A stretch of 64,000 nucleotides of DNA, from assembly GCA_020137815.1 (NCBI GenBank), contig CM035361.1, positions 6,014,001 to 6,078,000 of the forward strand, given 5' to 3'. The position numbers and the translations under genes are program-made. The notes beneath the pieces were generated by a model. It saw only the letters and a list, made by a program, of their open reading frames with translations, was not told the origin of the DNA and did not search any database. Position 1 is the first letter of the stretch, and the number at the start of each line of letters is the position of its first letter. Positions 1 to 11,103 of the stretch are shown piece by piece. The stretch comes from Hormiphora californensis. Its lineage: Eukaryota; Animalia; Ctenophora.

Positions 1-585
1 GCGTAGTTGGGCTTCGTGCAATATCCATCACCTGCCCATTCGGCACAACCAACCATTGCATCTCGACACCCTGCAGATAGAAACAGTGTTACCCCTGTTA
101 TTATATTGCAATTAGGGCTCCGTGGGCTTTTGCGGAGGGGTAATTTCATTACCCTGATAGAAACAGGGTTTCAGTTTTGGGTTGAACTTCAACATGTTAA
201 TTTGTTAAAACTCAATTGTGTTTAATGTTTGGCAACATAATTCTGAATATGTTGCGAGACTTCAGTTATAAGTCAATCATGTCTTCTTCAAATTCAAAAG
301 CCCTTGATCAAGCTTGATCTATAATACTAGTATCTATAAATTACGATATCTCAAGAGATTTGTATATCACATTTCGCCTTTCATCAGTCTCAGCGATAAA
401 CTCATACCCATTTGCATTGGCTAATAAGCTATATAAATTGCGATGCGGGTAGTACCAATTGCACGATTGGGGAAAATGACAATAAGCTAGATAAAAAGAA
501 CTCTCTATCTCATTTTCTGTAACTTTGATTATGATGCAGAAGATATATAAGGGAGCAAGAGAATGAAATTTGTCAATAAGAAATA

Positions 586-764
586 CAGTCGGACCCCGAT
601 TTAGTGGCCCCCGATTTAGTGGCACCCCGATTTAGTGACAGGATAATCTTCCCCCGATATAGGAATTAGGAAATTAACAGTATTTGACCCCTCGATTTAG
701 TGGACACCCCGATTTAGTGGACAAAACCCTTTCCCCCGAGGATTACTAAATCGGGGTCCGACTG
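586..764. mobile_element. Tc1/mariner-type MITE (CAGTCGGACCCCGATTTAGT TIRs, TA target duplication)
   Basis: 20-bp perfect TIRs flanked by TA on both sides, with internal CCCCGATTTAGTGG repeats; second full copy at 48068-48240. Confidence 0.9.
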
Positions 765-1220
765 TATTTCGAATATTCAGGCATACAAGAAAAATTTGAC
801 AACCGTTGATAAATACCTATCGAAAAAGGTAAAAGGAATGCAGCCCCAATTCGTCAAATGAGTACCAAAACGATAGCCATATAAAAAGAAGTCAGTTGAC
901 TGCCAAGTATAGTTATATATAGTTACTAAACTGCCTAGTATAAAATATTTCTTACCAGAGGTTTAATCGTGATCGTAAGGAAACCGTAATACCAAAGTAA
1001 GTACATATTATTTATTGTCAGAGAATAACGATCGGTTGATTGTTTATCATGTCAATGAGAAAGTTTATTTTTCTCCTTCCGACTGTACGAAATGAGTAGA
1101 CGGGGTTTTCTGTATTGTTTTATTATTTTCCCCCGTATACTACATATTTATTGGCTGTTACGGCTCTAAAGTTTTATATCAAACCTACACGTGTTCCTCA
1201 TGACACCGTCAATAGTAACA

Positions 1221-1564
1221 CCGCCAGCCTGTAACAACTTTCTCCCCAGGAGTACCGCCAGCCTGTAACAACTTTCTCCCCAGGGGTACCGCCAGCCTGT
1301 AACAACTTTCTCCCCAGGGGTACCGCCAGCCTGTAACAACTTTCTCCCCAGGAGTACCGCCAGCCTGTAACAACTTTCTCCCCAGGAGTACCGCCAGCCT
1401 GTAACAACTTTCTCCCCAGGAGTACCGCCAGCCTGTAACATCTTTCTCCCCAGGAGTACCGCCAGCCTGTAACAACTTTCTCCCCAGGAGTACCGCCAGC
1501 CTGTAACATCTTTCTCCCCAGGGGTACCGCCAGCCTGTAACAACTTTCTTCCCAGGGGTACCGC
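1221..1564. repeat. 34-bp minisatellite, 10 copies
   Basis: Unit CCGCCAGCCTGTAACAACTTTCTCCCCAGGAGTA, ending 3 nt before the ATG at 1568. Confidence 0.97.
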
Positions 1565-1567
1565 GCT

Positions 1568-2260
1568 ATGAGGCTGTTTCTCCTGTTTCTCCATTGTATC
1601 CTCCTGATTGGACCTACCGAGGGTTTTTGGAGAAGACGCCGCAGGAGGTCCTGCAGCCCCGTCAACGGTGGATGGAGTGGGTGGAGTGATGGCGAAATCT
1701 TGAAATCCTCAAACGGGTTCGAATTCATTCCAAAATACCACTCTACGTGCGTTTGTGATGGGACAACAGGAACGGGTTACATTAAGACGATTAGGTGGTG
1801 TACCACTCCGCTGCCCTCTTGTGGCGGAAGTCCATGTTATGGGTCTAAATTTTCAACCCGGGACTGCAGCTGCTGTAAATCTGTCAATGGAGGATGGAGT
1901 GGTTGGAGCTACACTTCTAGCTGTGTCTGTAACCATGCTACAGGAACTGGCTACCGCCCAAAGACAAGATCCTGCACCAGTCCAGCGCCCTACTGTGGAG
2001 GAGCAAGCTGCTCTGGTAGCTCAACTAGTAGAGACGACTGCTCCAGCAGCTGCTGTAAAACTGTCAATGGAGGATGGAGTGGTTGGAGCTACACTTCTAG
2101 CTGTGTCTGTAACCATGCTACCGGAACTGGCTACCGCCCAAAGACAAGATCCTGCACCAGTCCAGCGCCCTACTGTGGGGGAGCAAGCTGCTCTGGTAGC
2201 TCAACTAGTAGAGACGACTGCTCCAGCAGCTGCTGTAAAACTGTCAATGGAGGATGGAGT
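1568..2260 (+). CDS. Secreted TSP1-repeat protein, 5' part (interrupted by a Gypsy insertion)
   Basis: Signal peptide MRLFLLFLHCILLIGPTEG, polybasic WRRRRRRS, repeated VNGGWSGWS...R.R.C..P.P..GG..C.G TSP1 motifs; near-identical 180-bp units at 1866-2045 and 2046-2225 and a partial unit at 2226-2260. Confidence 0.9.
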
Positions 2261-2646
2261 TGTTGTATAGTCACAGTTGTCGTTCTGTCTGTAGTTGTCC
2301 TCTCACTCTCACTGTCGTAGTCATGGTAGTGCTCAGTATGTTGCCTAAGCAACCACTGATCACTGACATGAATACACCAAACAATAAACATGACGGCGTG
2401 ACGTGTGGATCGGTATTCGGAGGACGTGGCGTACTGCATTGGTGATAAGCGTATTGTTATTGAGATGACGAGTTGTTATGTCTACGGATGAGCTACGGAG
2501 GAACGATGGATGACGTAGAGGAGAACTATAAAAGAAGACAAGCATTCTCTTTTCATTATTCCGATATATATTCCTATTTATATTCTCGTTCCCAAAACCC
2601 TTCACCGAGAGTCGTTACGTGTTTCACCCTATACGCGGTTACTTCA
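2261..2646 (+). repeat. 5' LTR of Gypsy 1
   Basis: TG...CA ends; sequence recurs (noisy) at 13477-13879, e.g. GAGTCGTTACGTGTTTCACCCTATACGCGG is in both. Confidence 0.9.
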
Positions 2647-2648
2647 AT

Positions 2649-2660
2649 TGGAGCCTGATA
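2649..2660 (+). promoter_or_regulatory. Primer-binding site TGGAGCCTGATA
   Basis: TGG lies 2 nt after the LTR end; the same TGGAGCCTGA follows the 5' LTR of Gypsy 2. Confidence 0.8.
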
Positions 2661-2806
2661 CGAATAATCCGTGTTTGAGGACCAGTGCTTTTGAGGACTG
2701 AGGAGCTTTTCTCGGGGAGTTTCCAGTTTTAGTTCCAGTTTCCTGCAACCCTACTACCTTCATACCCGGTCAGTTCCAGTCAACCCTTGTTCCTGATTTT
2801 GCAGAC

Positions 2807-3044
2807 AACTAAAGTACACCCCAAACTACTATGTCCCTCACTCGGGTTTTGTGAAATTTCCCACGGTCATAACTCCACTCCCTGATGAGATAGAGACATG
2901 AAATTTGTTTTGTACGAAGAACTCGATATGATCTCCCTACAAAACAAATTTCAAGTCTCTATCTTATCAGGGGGTGGAGCTATGGTCGTCTAAAATCCGG
3001 TCGCGCGCAGCAAGGGACATAGTAGTTTGGGGGGACCTTTAGTT
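2807..3044. mobile_element. Palindromic MITE in the Gypsy 1 leader
   Basis: Imperfect long inverted arms (CCCCAAACTACTATGTCCCT / AGGGACATAGTAGTTTGGGG; GAAATTTGTTTTGTA / TACAAAACAAATTTC). Confidence 0.75.
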
Positions 3045-3711
3045 CCAGTTCTCCTTTGGGGACATCTCAGTTCCGGTTTCCTGTTCTTCATTCCAGGTCC
3101 CGGCGGTTCTTGAACCCAAGTTACCTCTCCTCGTGAGAGGAGGGTTCGGCGAGTTCCTTCGGGAACCTACGCCCCCCGTTCGAGCTCAGGTTTAGCTCGA
3201 ATGACAATTGACGAAGAAATAAATGACGTAAAATCAAGCCAAAAACCCAAGCCGAAAACTCATGACGAAAACCCCCAATTGAAAGCCGAAAACACCAGCC
3301 AAGTACTTTCAGAATTGCTAAAAACTCTTGCCGTGAACAATGCTAAATTTCCATTTTACAAAAAAGGTGACAATTTCATTAGATTTGGTGAAAGATTTGA
3401 AGAAGTTTTCCAAATGTCCGGTATTTCAGACAAAAGAATTAAGCCCTTGGTATTACAATATGTTGATGACACAACGTATGAAATTTTGAAAAATGTTTAC
3501 ATACCCAAAACAATAGAGAATAGTGTAACGGAGGTAATGGAAATATTTGTAACAGCCATGTGTAACCCCTTGTCTTCGGCTAGCCTTACAAAAAGTCAGC
3601 TGTATGATACTAAGCAGAATCAAGGAGAATCAGTAGATGATTTTATTGCTAGGATTAGAGAAGTTGTTTCGATTTCGGGTCTGCACACTGATAAAGAAGA
3701 GGTTATGACAA

Positions 3712-5420
3712 TCATACTACTTGGAAAGGGGGTGGACTATAGCCGCTGCATCTCGTTTCTGCCAACTAGTGTTACAACTGTACGGAACCCTCCAGCTCCG
3801 ATACCCTGTTTACAAGCCATACAGCAGGGATCTCGGCTAGATTCATCTCGATTAGGCACATATTGCTTCACACTATTAGCAGATTGATCGTGATCTTATA
3901 TCATGAATCTCTGATAGAAACAAACATTGTATTCTAACAAGAGTCGATACAACCTTCTCATGTGTTAGTCAGTAGGCTCCATTCAGGTCTTTAACACAGT
4001 TCTCTCCCGTACAGTGCGATTAAACAACTGATATATAAAGGGTGGGTCGGGCGAACTGATCCTAAACTGGCCAACACATGGTAACTATATATCAGTTGTT
4101 TAATCGCACTGTACGGGAGAGAACTGTGTTAAAGACCTGAATGGAGCCTACTGACTAACACATGAGAAGGTTGTATCGACTCTTGTTAGAATACAATGTT
4201 TGTTTCTATCAGAGATTCATGATATAAGATCACGATCAATCTGCTAATAGTGTGAAACAATATGTGCCTAATCGAGATGAATCTAGCCGAGATCCCTGCT
4301 GTATGGCTTGTAAACAGGGTATCGGAGCTGGAGGGTTCCGTACAGTTGTAACACTAGTTGGCAGAAACGAGATGCAGCGGCTATAGTCCACCCCCTTTCC
4401 ATTTGACATGTACCGGTGACAGTGCACGCCAAGACGGTAGCCCACCGCTCTCGTTACCATGTGTTGGCCAGTTTAGGATCAGTTCGCCCGACCCACCCTT
4501 TATATATCAGTTGTTTAATCGCACTGTACGGGAGAGAACTGTGTTAAAGACCTGAATGGAGCCTACTGACTAACACATGAGAAGGTTGTATCGACTCTTG
4601 TTAGAATACAATGTTTGTTTCTATCAGAGATTCATGATATAAGATCACGATCAATCTGCTAATAGTGTGAAGCAATATGTGCCTAATCGAGATGAATCTA
4701 GCCGAGATCCCTGCTGTATGGCTTGTAAACAGGGTATCGGAGCTGGAGGGTTCCGTACAGTTGTAACACTAGTTGGCAGAAACGAGATGCAGCGGCTATA
4801 GTCCACCCCCTTTCCATTTGACATGTACCGGTGACAGTGCACGCCAAGACGGTAGCCCACCGCTCTCGTTACCATGTGTTGGCCAGTTTAGGATCAGTTC
4901 GCCCGACCCACCCTTTATAAATCATACTACTTACTATTCAAATTGTCAGTGCTACATCACCTAGCAACTACACCTGCACGTGCAATTATTAGAGCAACTT
5001 AGAAACCTCACTCCCAGTTGCAGTTTTGGGTAATAAGGGAAATTCAATTCTGCACGTGCATTCTTTTACTTTTGTCCTGATGTCTAACTCTTCAACCCCA
5101 AGCGCGCTATTCGGCAACGGTCATCTGGGTCCGGAAGATCTGCTGCTGTCAGAGAGCGTCACAGAATATAGAAATCTCCGAATCGGCTACATAGCGGCCA
5201 AGTTTTCACGTGATGAGTTTCTGGAACAGCACTGCACCTCCATGACATTGATCTCTTAAATTCGCACCTTGACATTGTCAGGAAGCCCAGAGCGTACAAC
5301 AACATGAGTAGGGAGAAAGTGAGAAATAGGCTAGGAACGGATGGTGCAGGGGATGTCAGCGTTCCCTAATCCAGCTATCATTTCCCCGAAATTCGCCCGT
5401 AGGGCGAACGGGCCTACTAG
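3712..5420 (+). mobile_element. Non-autonomous Helitron (core 4922-5420, about 500 bp)
   Basis: 5' TC (TCATACTACT), 3' CTAG preceded by hairpin TTCGCCC-GTA-GGGCGAA, inserted between A and T without a TSD. Confidence 0.88.
3723..4919 (+). mobile_element. 415-bp-unit element: inverted partial copy plus two tandem copies, 13-bp TSD
   Basis: 3723-4085 is the reverse complement of about 4453-4815; units at 4086-4500 and 4501-4915; AATCATACTACTT duplicated at 3710-3722 and 4920-4932. Confidence 0.85.
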
Positions 5421-5907
5421 TTATGTTAATGAAAGGTTTGTCGAATACAAGAATTAAGAGAAAAGTAGCGGTAAACATGGACAAAGGTTTTGAAGAGATA
5501 GTTTTAATGTTGAGAGAATTGGTAGCAGTTGATAAAATAGTTTTTGGAGACAATGATTCCATTAATACCCCAGTGTTAACAGTAGGTAATAGTTCTGAAG
5601 AAGACAAAGTTGAACTACATAGACACAGAGGACGAGATAGATTCAGAAGTGGTGAGAATAGTAGACGTGGAAGATCTAACAGCAGAGGTAGATACAATAG
5701 ATCCAATAGCAGAGGTCGATATAATAGATTTAATAGCAGAGGCAGGTTTAACAGATCGAATAGCAGAGGTCGATATGATAGTAGGAATAACAATAGAAAT
5801 CGATATGATAGATCATACAGTAGAGAACGGAATAACCAAAAGTATAGGTGCTATAATTGTGGAGATAGTAGTCATTTTGCAAGAAATTGTACTAGTAGGA
5901 GGCGTAA

Positions 5908-5958
5908 TTTAAACTAATCGCGGGCCGCGATAGAAGCACAATTTTAAATGTGCGGCCC
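5908..5958 (+). promoter_or_regulatory. -1 ribosomal frameshift signal (gag/pol)
   Basis: TTTAAAC immediately before the gag TAA; the -1 frame runs open into the protease ORF; downstream ATCGCG/CGCGAT hairpin and GGGCCGC/GCGGCCC pairing. Confidence 0.8.
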
Positions 5959-7280
5959 GATAAAACGAATATGTCGAAAGTTATAGTTAATGGCTACTGT
6001 TATAAGACTTCAGCAAACTTTTTGATAGACACAGGTGCTTGTGTGAGTTTAGTTTCTACTTCTTTTGTTCAAAAATTAGGTTATGAACACAAAATTGAAC
6101 CTTGTTCGAAAATTATTGCTGGTTTGGACAACAAACCTGTTCCCTGTAGAGGACAAATAAAATTAGAAATTTCAATTGCGAGAACCCTAGCTAGAGAAAT
6201 ATTCATAGTTTGTGATTATGTTGAAAATGAGTTTTTAATCGGTACAGATATCATGAAATTATTGGACATGTCAATAAATTTTAGTAGAAAAACAGTTAGT
6301 ACAACACATGGGAAAGTTTCATTCACAGACCAACCTTTCTTTCTTTCTAGAAGCACACGAGCCAGGTGTTACAAAACCCAAACAATCCCGGCTAACACTG
6401 CAAAATTTGTTAAATGTAAATTCCAGTCACCTAATCCAAACAAAAATTTTGAGGTCATAATTGAGCCATTTTACAAATTTATGATTAAGAAGAATGTTTT
6501 GATTTCCCCTAGTTTGTCATACACTGCTGGTAATAAAGTCTATGTACATTGTACCAATGTTATGCCATATGATATCCCTGTATACCAAAACCAAACAATA
6601 GCTAAATTAGATCCTTTCGCCCGACCTAATAGAGGTCTTAGTAATGTTCATGCTTTAAAAAACACAAATAAAACAGGTGATAAGTGGGAGATAGATGCAC
6701 GTGTGAATTTAAAACGATTGGAAAATTCCGTTTCGATTGAAGAAACTATTGAGAATGGTAAATGGGCCGATATAGAGAAATTATACCAAGAGTTAAAAGT
6801 AGATGAGATGAAGATTTCAAGTAGTGAGAGAGAACAGCTAAAGAGAATGTTGCATTTATACTCACATTGTTTTAGCCGGGACAGACATGATTTAGGAAAG
6901 TGTTCGTTTTATGAAGCTACAATAGATTTAAAACGCGATTACGTCGAGAAATGGGTGCCTAGCAGACCAGTTAGTTATAACTTAGAAAAGCACATGGATG
7001 AAGAGTTAGAGGATATGTTAAAAGGTGACCAAATTACCCCTTGTCAATATAGTAAATGGAATTCGGCTGTATTCCTTGTTGAGAAAAGTAACAAAACAAG
7101 TTCTCAGTATAGATTTGTGCAAGATTGTAGAGCTTTAAATTCGCAGGCCATACAAGATCAATACGAATTACCAAAAATTAACCACGTTCTAGATAAAATG
7201 AGGGATACTAAATATTTGAGTAGTTTTGACTTTACTTCCAGTTTTTGGCAGTTGCCCCTCGAAAAACGTAGTCAACCCGT

Positions 7281-7536
7281 CCGTCATACACATTTTTATT
7301 TGGAATTTTCATTTGGAATTTTCATTTGAAAACCATCCACGCGCATGCACGTGCAAGCTTCAAACACAAGTTAGAAGCACGGGACCTTCACTAACTTATT
7401 TGTTTTGATCCAAGGATCACTTTAGTGAAGGTCCCATGGTTCTAACTTGTGTTTGAAGCTTGCACGTGCATGCGCGTGGATGGTTTTCAAATGAAAATTC
7501 CAAGTGAAAATTCCAAATGAAAATGTGTATGACGCG
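7281..7536. mobile_element. Foldback MITE inserted in RT
   Basis: About 110-bp inverted arms CGTCATACACAT...ATGTGTATGACG; CGT duplicated; excision restores R-S-Q-P-V-T-A-F. Related noisy copy at about 17773-18070. Confidence 0.85.
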
Positions 7537-10500
7537 CGTAACCGCTTTTATTAAAAAAACATTCAGGTACATGTGGAAACGTAGGTTTAAAAGGGCCCCC
7601 AACTAGTTCTAGTGCCCAATTCAGTAAAATAAATACCCCAAATTTTTTTCCCAAAAATTTCCTTTTTTTCCTTGGGTTTTCTATACGAGGATTTGTCCTG
7701 GGTAGCAACAGGGTTTTCAAGATCCCCCTAACCCGGTTTAAAAATTTTTTTTTGACGATTAACTTTGGCTAACATGAAGTTTAAACCCCCAAAAAGGGAC
7801 AACTTTATTTGTTAGTTCAGAAAAATTTTTTGGGCCCTATTTTAACGGAAAAGGGATTTGTAGATGAAAAAAAAAACCCAAAAGGGATCATGAAAATTTT
7901 CGGGCCCCCAAAAAACGGAAGCAATTACAGAAATTTTTTGGTACTAAAATTTGGGAAAATAGGCATTACCCCCAATTTAGGAAAAAAATTTACTAGGCCC
8001 TTTATGAATGCTAGAAAAAAAAACAAACCATTTGAAGGGTTTTAATTGAGTGTCAAAAACCCTTTTGAAAATTAAAACCCAGCCTTTTTTTCCCTTTCAA
8101 CCCTTGCCACCCCTGTTTTGGGAATAGTAAATTTTAAATTGTCAGCATAGATTTTTCAACAGGGGGTTTAAGGTGCTTGCTACAGAAAATTTCAAAAATG
8201 GGAAAACGCCCGTATAATTGTTTTTGGGAGTAGATCTTTTTAAAAACCCCCCAAAAAAATAGGGTTTGCACAAAATTTGGGAAATTTTTTTGGGGACTAC
8301 TTTTGGTTTGCCCTTAGGGCACTGGAAAATGATCTAAAATTCGCCCCCAAAATTTTAATATTGAAACGTTTGCAAAGCTTTGTTATTTTTTGCCCGTTTT
8401 TTCAGAAAGGAACTTTTTTTTTATGCAAAAAACAACTTGTTTTGTTTTGGGCATCTTTTTAATTTGGTAATCAAACAGGGGGGTTTTTGGTACTTCGTCC
8501 GAGATTGCATGCCCGATTTCTTAGCCGTTGGTTTAGGGAAATCAAGACGAAAGGGTCAGGTACACAAACTGTAAAATTTACCAGAGTTTTGACCCCAAAA
8601 ATTTAGTGCCATAAAATGTGAACAAACTGAAATAGTAAAAATTAATGAAAAAAAACTAGAGACAAAAAGGATTCTAATCTAAAGGGCGAGTGGGGAAAGG
8701 GGTTTTTTTTGAAGGTGGCGAGAAGCAAAAAAAATTTTTAGTTCGGAGGGGGCCTACTAAAACTTTGCATTATTAAAAAAATTTTGATTTTTTAAAAATT
8801 TAAAAAATTTGATGTTATCTATAAAAAAGGGGTTTGATCCAAGAACTAAAAAAATTTTTTAAGGGTTTCAATAGTTGCCCCGACCCCCTTTTTGGAAGGG
8901 AGTGGGGGTTAACTGTCACAGAAATTTTAGGGGTGTCAATTTGGGTCGAAAATCCCTATCTGAATTTTAAAGAAACACTTTCTAAAATTTATAAGGGGGG
9001 AAGTTAAGTTATTTACGGTTTAGCGTCTTATTTTTTGGCCTTTAACTAAGCAACCTAAGGCATTTTCTTGAGCCCCCCAAAAACCTTTGGGTTTTATACG
9101 GGAATTCAATCAAAATTTTTCCAGCCAATTTAACCCCAAGCAAAACCCCACGCCTAGAGGGAATATTGCTTTACTATTTATGTCGATTCACACAAATTTA
9201 CACTTTTGCCTTTGCCCGTAAAAATTACTGGAACACAAGCCACAATAAGTGCTTTAGGGAAAAATTTGGGTTTTTTAAAAATTTTGGGTTTTTTCCTGTT
9301 CTATTACCCAACGATTTGGGGTTTTACAGGATTTACGTCGGAATTAGGGAAAAGCAAATTTTAAAAAACCCTTTGATATAAAGGATTTCAAAACAACTCC
9401 CAAATTTTCACAGGAAAGGCCAAAGGCCGAAAGCCCCCCCAAAAAAAAAAGATAAATCAGTTTTTTTTAGATCCATTTAAAGGGGAAAATGAGGGGGGAA
9501 AAATTACGATTTTTATTTTAAAAATTTTTGGGGTTTTTTAGTTAAAATTTAATCTTTTTTGTGCTCGAACAAAAATTCCCCAAAATTTTTCTTAGATTTG
9601 GAACTGATCTTCCCAATCCCTAGTGATTTGTATGTAGAAAATGACACCCGTATAGAAAAATTCGGGGAATGAGCCAGGAGAATAAAAAAACCCAACATGG
9701 TACCAGTAATGGGAAAAAATTTCCCAATTATTTAAAGGGAATCCCCAAAACCATGTTAAACACCCAAAAGGGTAGATAAATTTTGTTCAGAAACGAAAAA
9801 AAAGTTAAAGGTCCTTTTTTTGAAGCTGGCGATTTAGTTATGTATAAAATAAAAGGGCCCAAAAAAACAAAAATATTCGGTGCGCGGGAAAAAGGTCCCA
9901 CAAGATAGTTAAAAAATTTGGAATGACGGAATTAATAATTGAATTAGAGAAAAGGGAAAAAAAAATTTGTTAGCTTTTAAAAAATTAAAAAAAGTACAAT
10001 CCAAAAATACCATCACTCCCAAAACGGGCGCAAACAGAAAGACACATTTAAATTTAACGTTTACCAAACAAAAATTGTTGACATTTTTACCCCCTAGCCA
10101 AAAGAAACCCGTTTAGCACCCCCAGCCCCCCAAAAAATAGAAAATTTAAGACCGAACTCAACCATAAATCAGAAGGTGAAAAAAAACCTGGCCCAGCTTT
10201 CCCCCTATTTTCCCCGTTCAATGGGGGGTTTGTCGAGATGGGTTTAACTTTTCAGGGGAATGGGGGGAGGACAACAGAGTTTTTGGGTTCTATTTGACCG
10301 AATGAAGTGTGACAATACAGTAAAGGGGGAATAGAAATGGGAGGAAAAACTAGTGGTGGGAAAGGAAGCGGGAAAGCCCGTAGTGGGGGCGGAATAAAGG
10401 GTTTCCGCGGAGTGGGAGACCCGAGTAGGGTGGCGGTGCTGGTGTGGAAAGGGTGTGGAAAGTTGGGGGGGTGGGTTTTTGGGGTGGGGGGGGTAATGGT

Positions 10501-11103
10501 GGGGAACGGATGATGGGGGGTACTTTTTCGGGGTCCCTGGTGGTACTGGTGTTTACTGGTCCCTGATGAGGGGGTTAGTACTGGGATAATCGGGGGGAAC
10601 TGGCGGAGTAGGTGCCCAATCGGGGCCTTTTTTTGGGGGAAAAAGGCCCGGGTTTTTTGGAAAACCCTAAGGTGCCTAGGAAGAACCGGTTGCAACCGAG
10701 GAGGGGGGAAAAAGCGTAAAGGGGCGGCCAAACTTGGCAAAAAGGAACGGGTTTGGGGTTTCCAAAGTGCAGCTAGGGAACAGGCGGGGTTCTAGCTCAG
10801 CCGGATTTTCCTGGGGGGGGGTAAGAGGGCCTGGTGGGGCCCCTAATCTAAAAAGGGCCTCTTTTTGGGAAAACCCCCAAAAAGTAGTGGGTGAAAATTT
10901 GGAAACAGGGGGGTTTTTCCCCTTTTCTTGAAGGGGGTGGTCCTGGTATCACCCAAGTGAGGTTTTCCTACGCCATGCAGGCTTTTATCCCCTGGTAAAG
11001 AAAGGGCGGGGTTTTGGGTTTGGCCCCCTAAGTAGGGCGGGGGGTTTTTGGGAGGATTGGGATTGGGGGGAGGGAAATCTATTGAATTTTTGTCAAAATA
11101 GGT

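Larger units (their letters stand above)
3201..5917 (+). pseudogene. gag: Gypsy 1 gag, split by a Helitron (segments 3201-3711 and 5421-5917)
   Basis: Removing 3712-5420 restores the frame EEVMT-I-MLMKGLSN; RS-rich region and CCHC knuckle CYNCGDSSHFARNC at the C-terminus. Confidence 0.9.
5908..10200 (+). pseudogene. pol: Gypsy 1 pol (protease, RT; RNase H and integrase in noisy sequence)
   Basis: FLIDTGA protease motif; SKWNSAVFLVEK, YRFVQDCRALN and SSFDFTSSFWQ RT motifs; interrupted at 7281; downstream part unreadable, so the end is approximate. Confidence 0.85.

Noticed and set aside
1166-1728. Repetitive minus-strand ORFs, and a possible CRISPR-like array
   Set aside because: Products of the 34-bp minisatellite read in rotating frames; the repeats are contiguous with no spacers.
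3101-3180. HDV-like ribozyme in the gag leader (TCCTCGT loop, GG after stem)
   Set aside because: No P2 partner strand; extra bases between P3 and P1; simple hairpins explain it.
3803-3830. TTACAAGCC...GCAGGG as a twister ribozyme
   Set aside because: Could not build P2/P4 and the pseudoknot pairings.
3723-3887. C-terminal part of ORF 3201-3887 and the 74-aa ORFs at 4236 and 4651
   Set aside because: Read-through into the 415-bp non-coding element, not gag.
3911-3940. CTGATAGAAAC...TTGTA as a minimal hammerhead ribozyme
   Set aside because: Lacks the G8/A9 core and stem II, and stem I does not pair.
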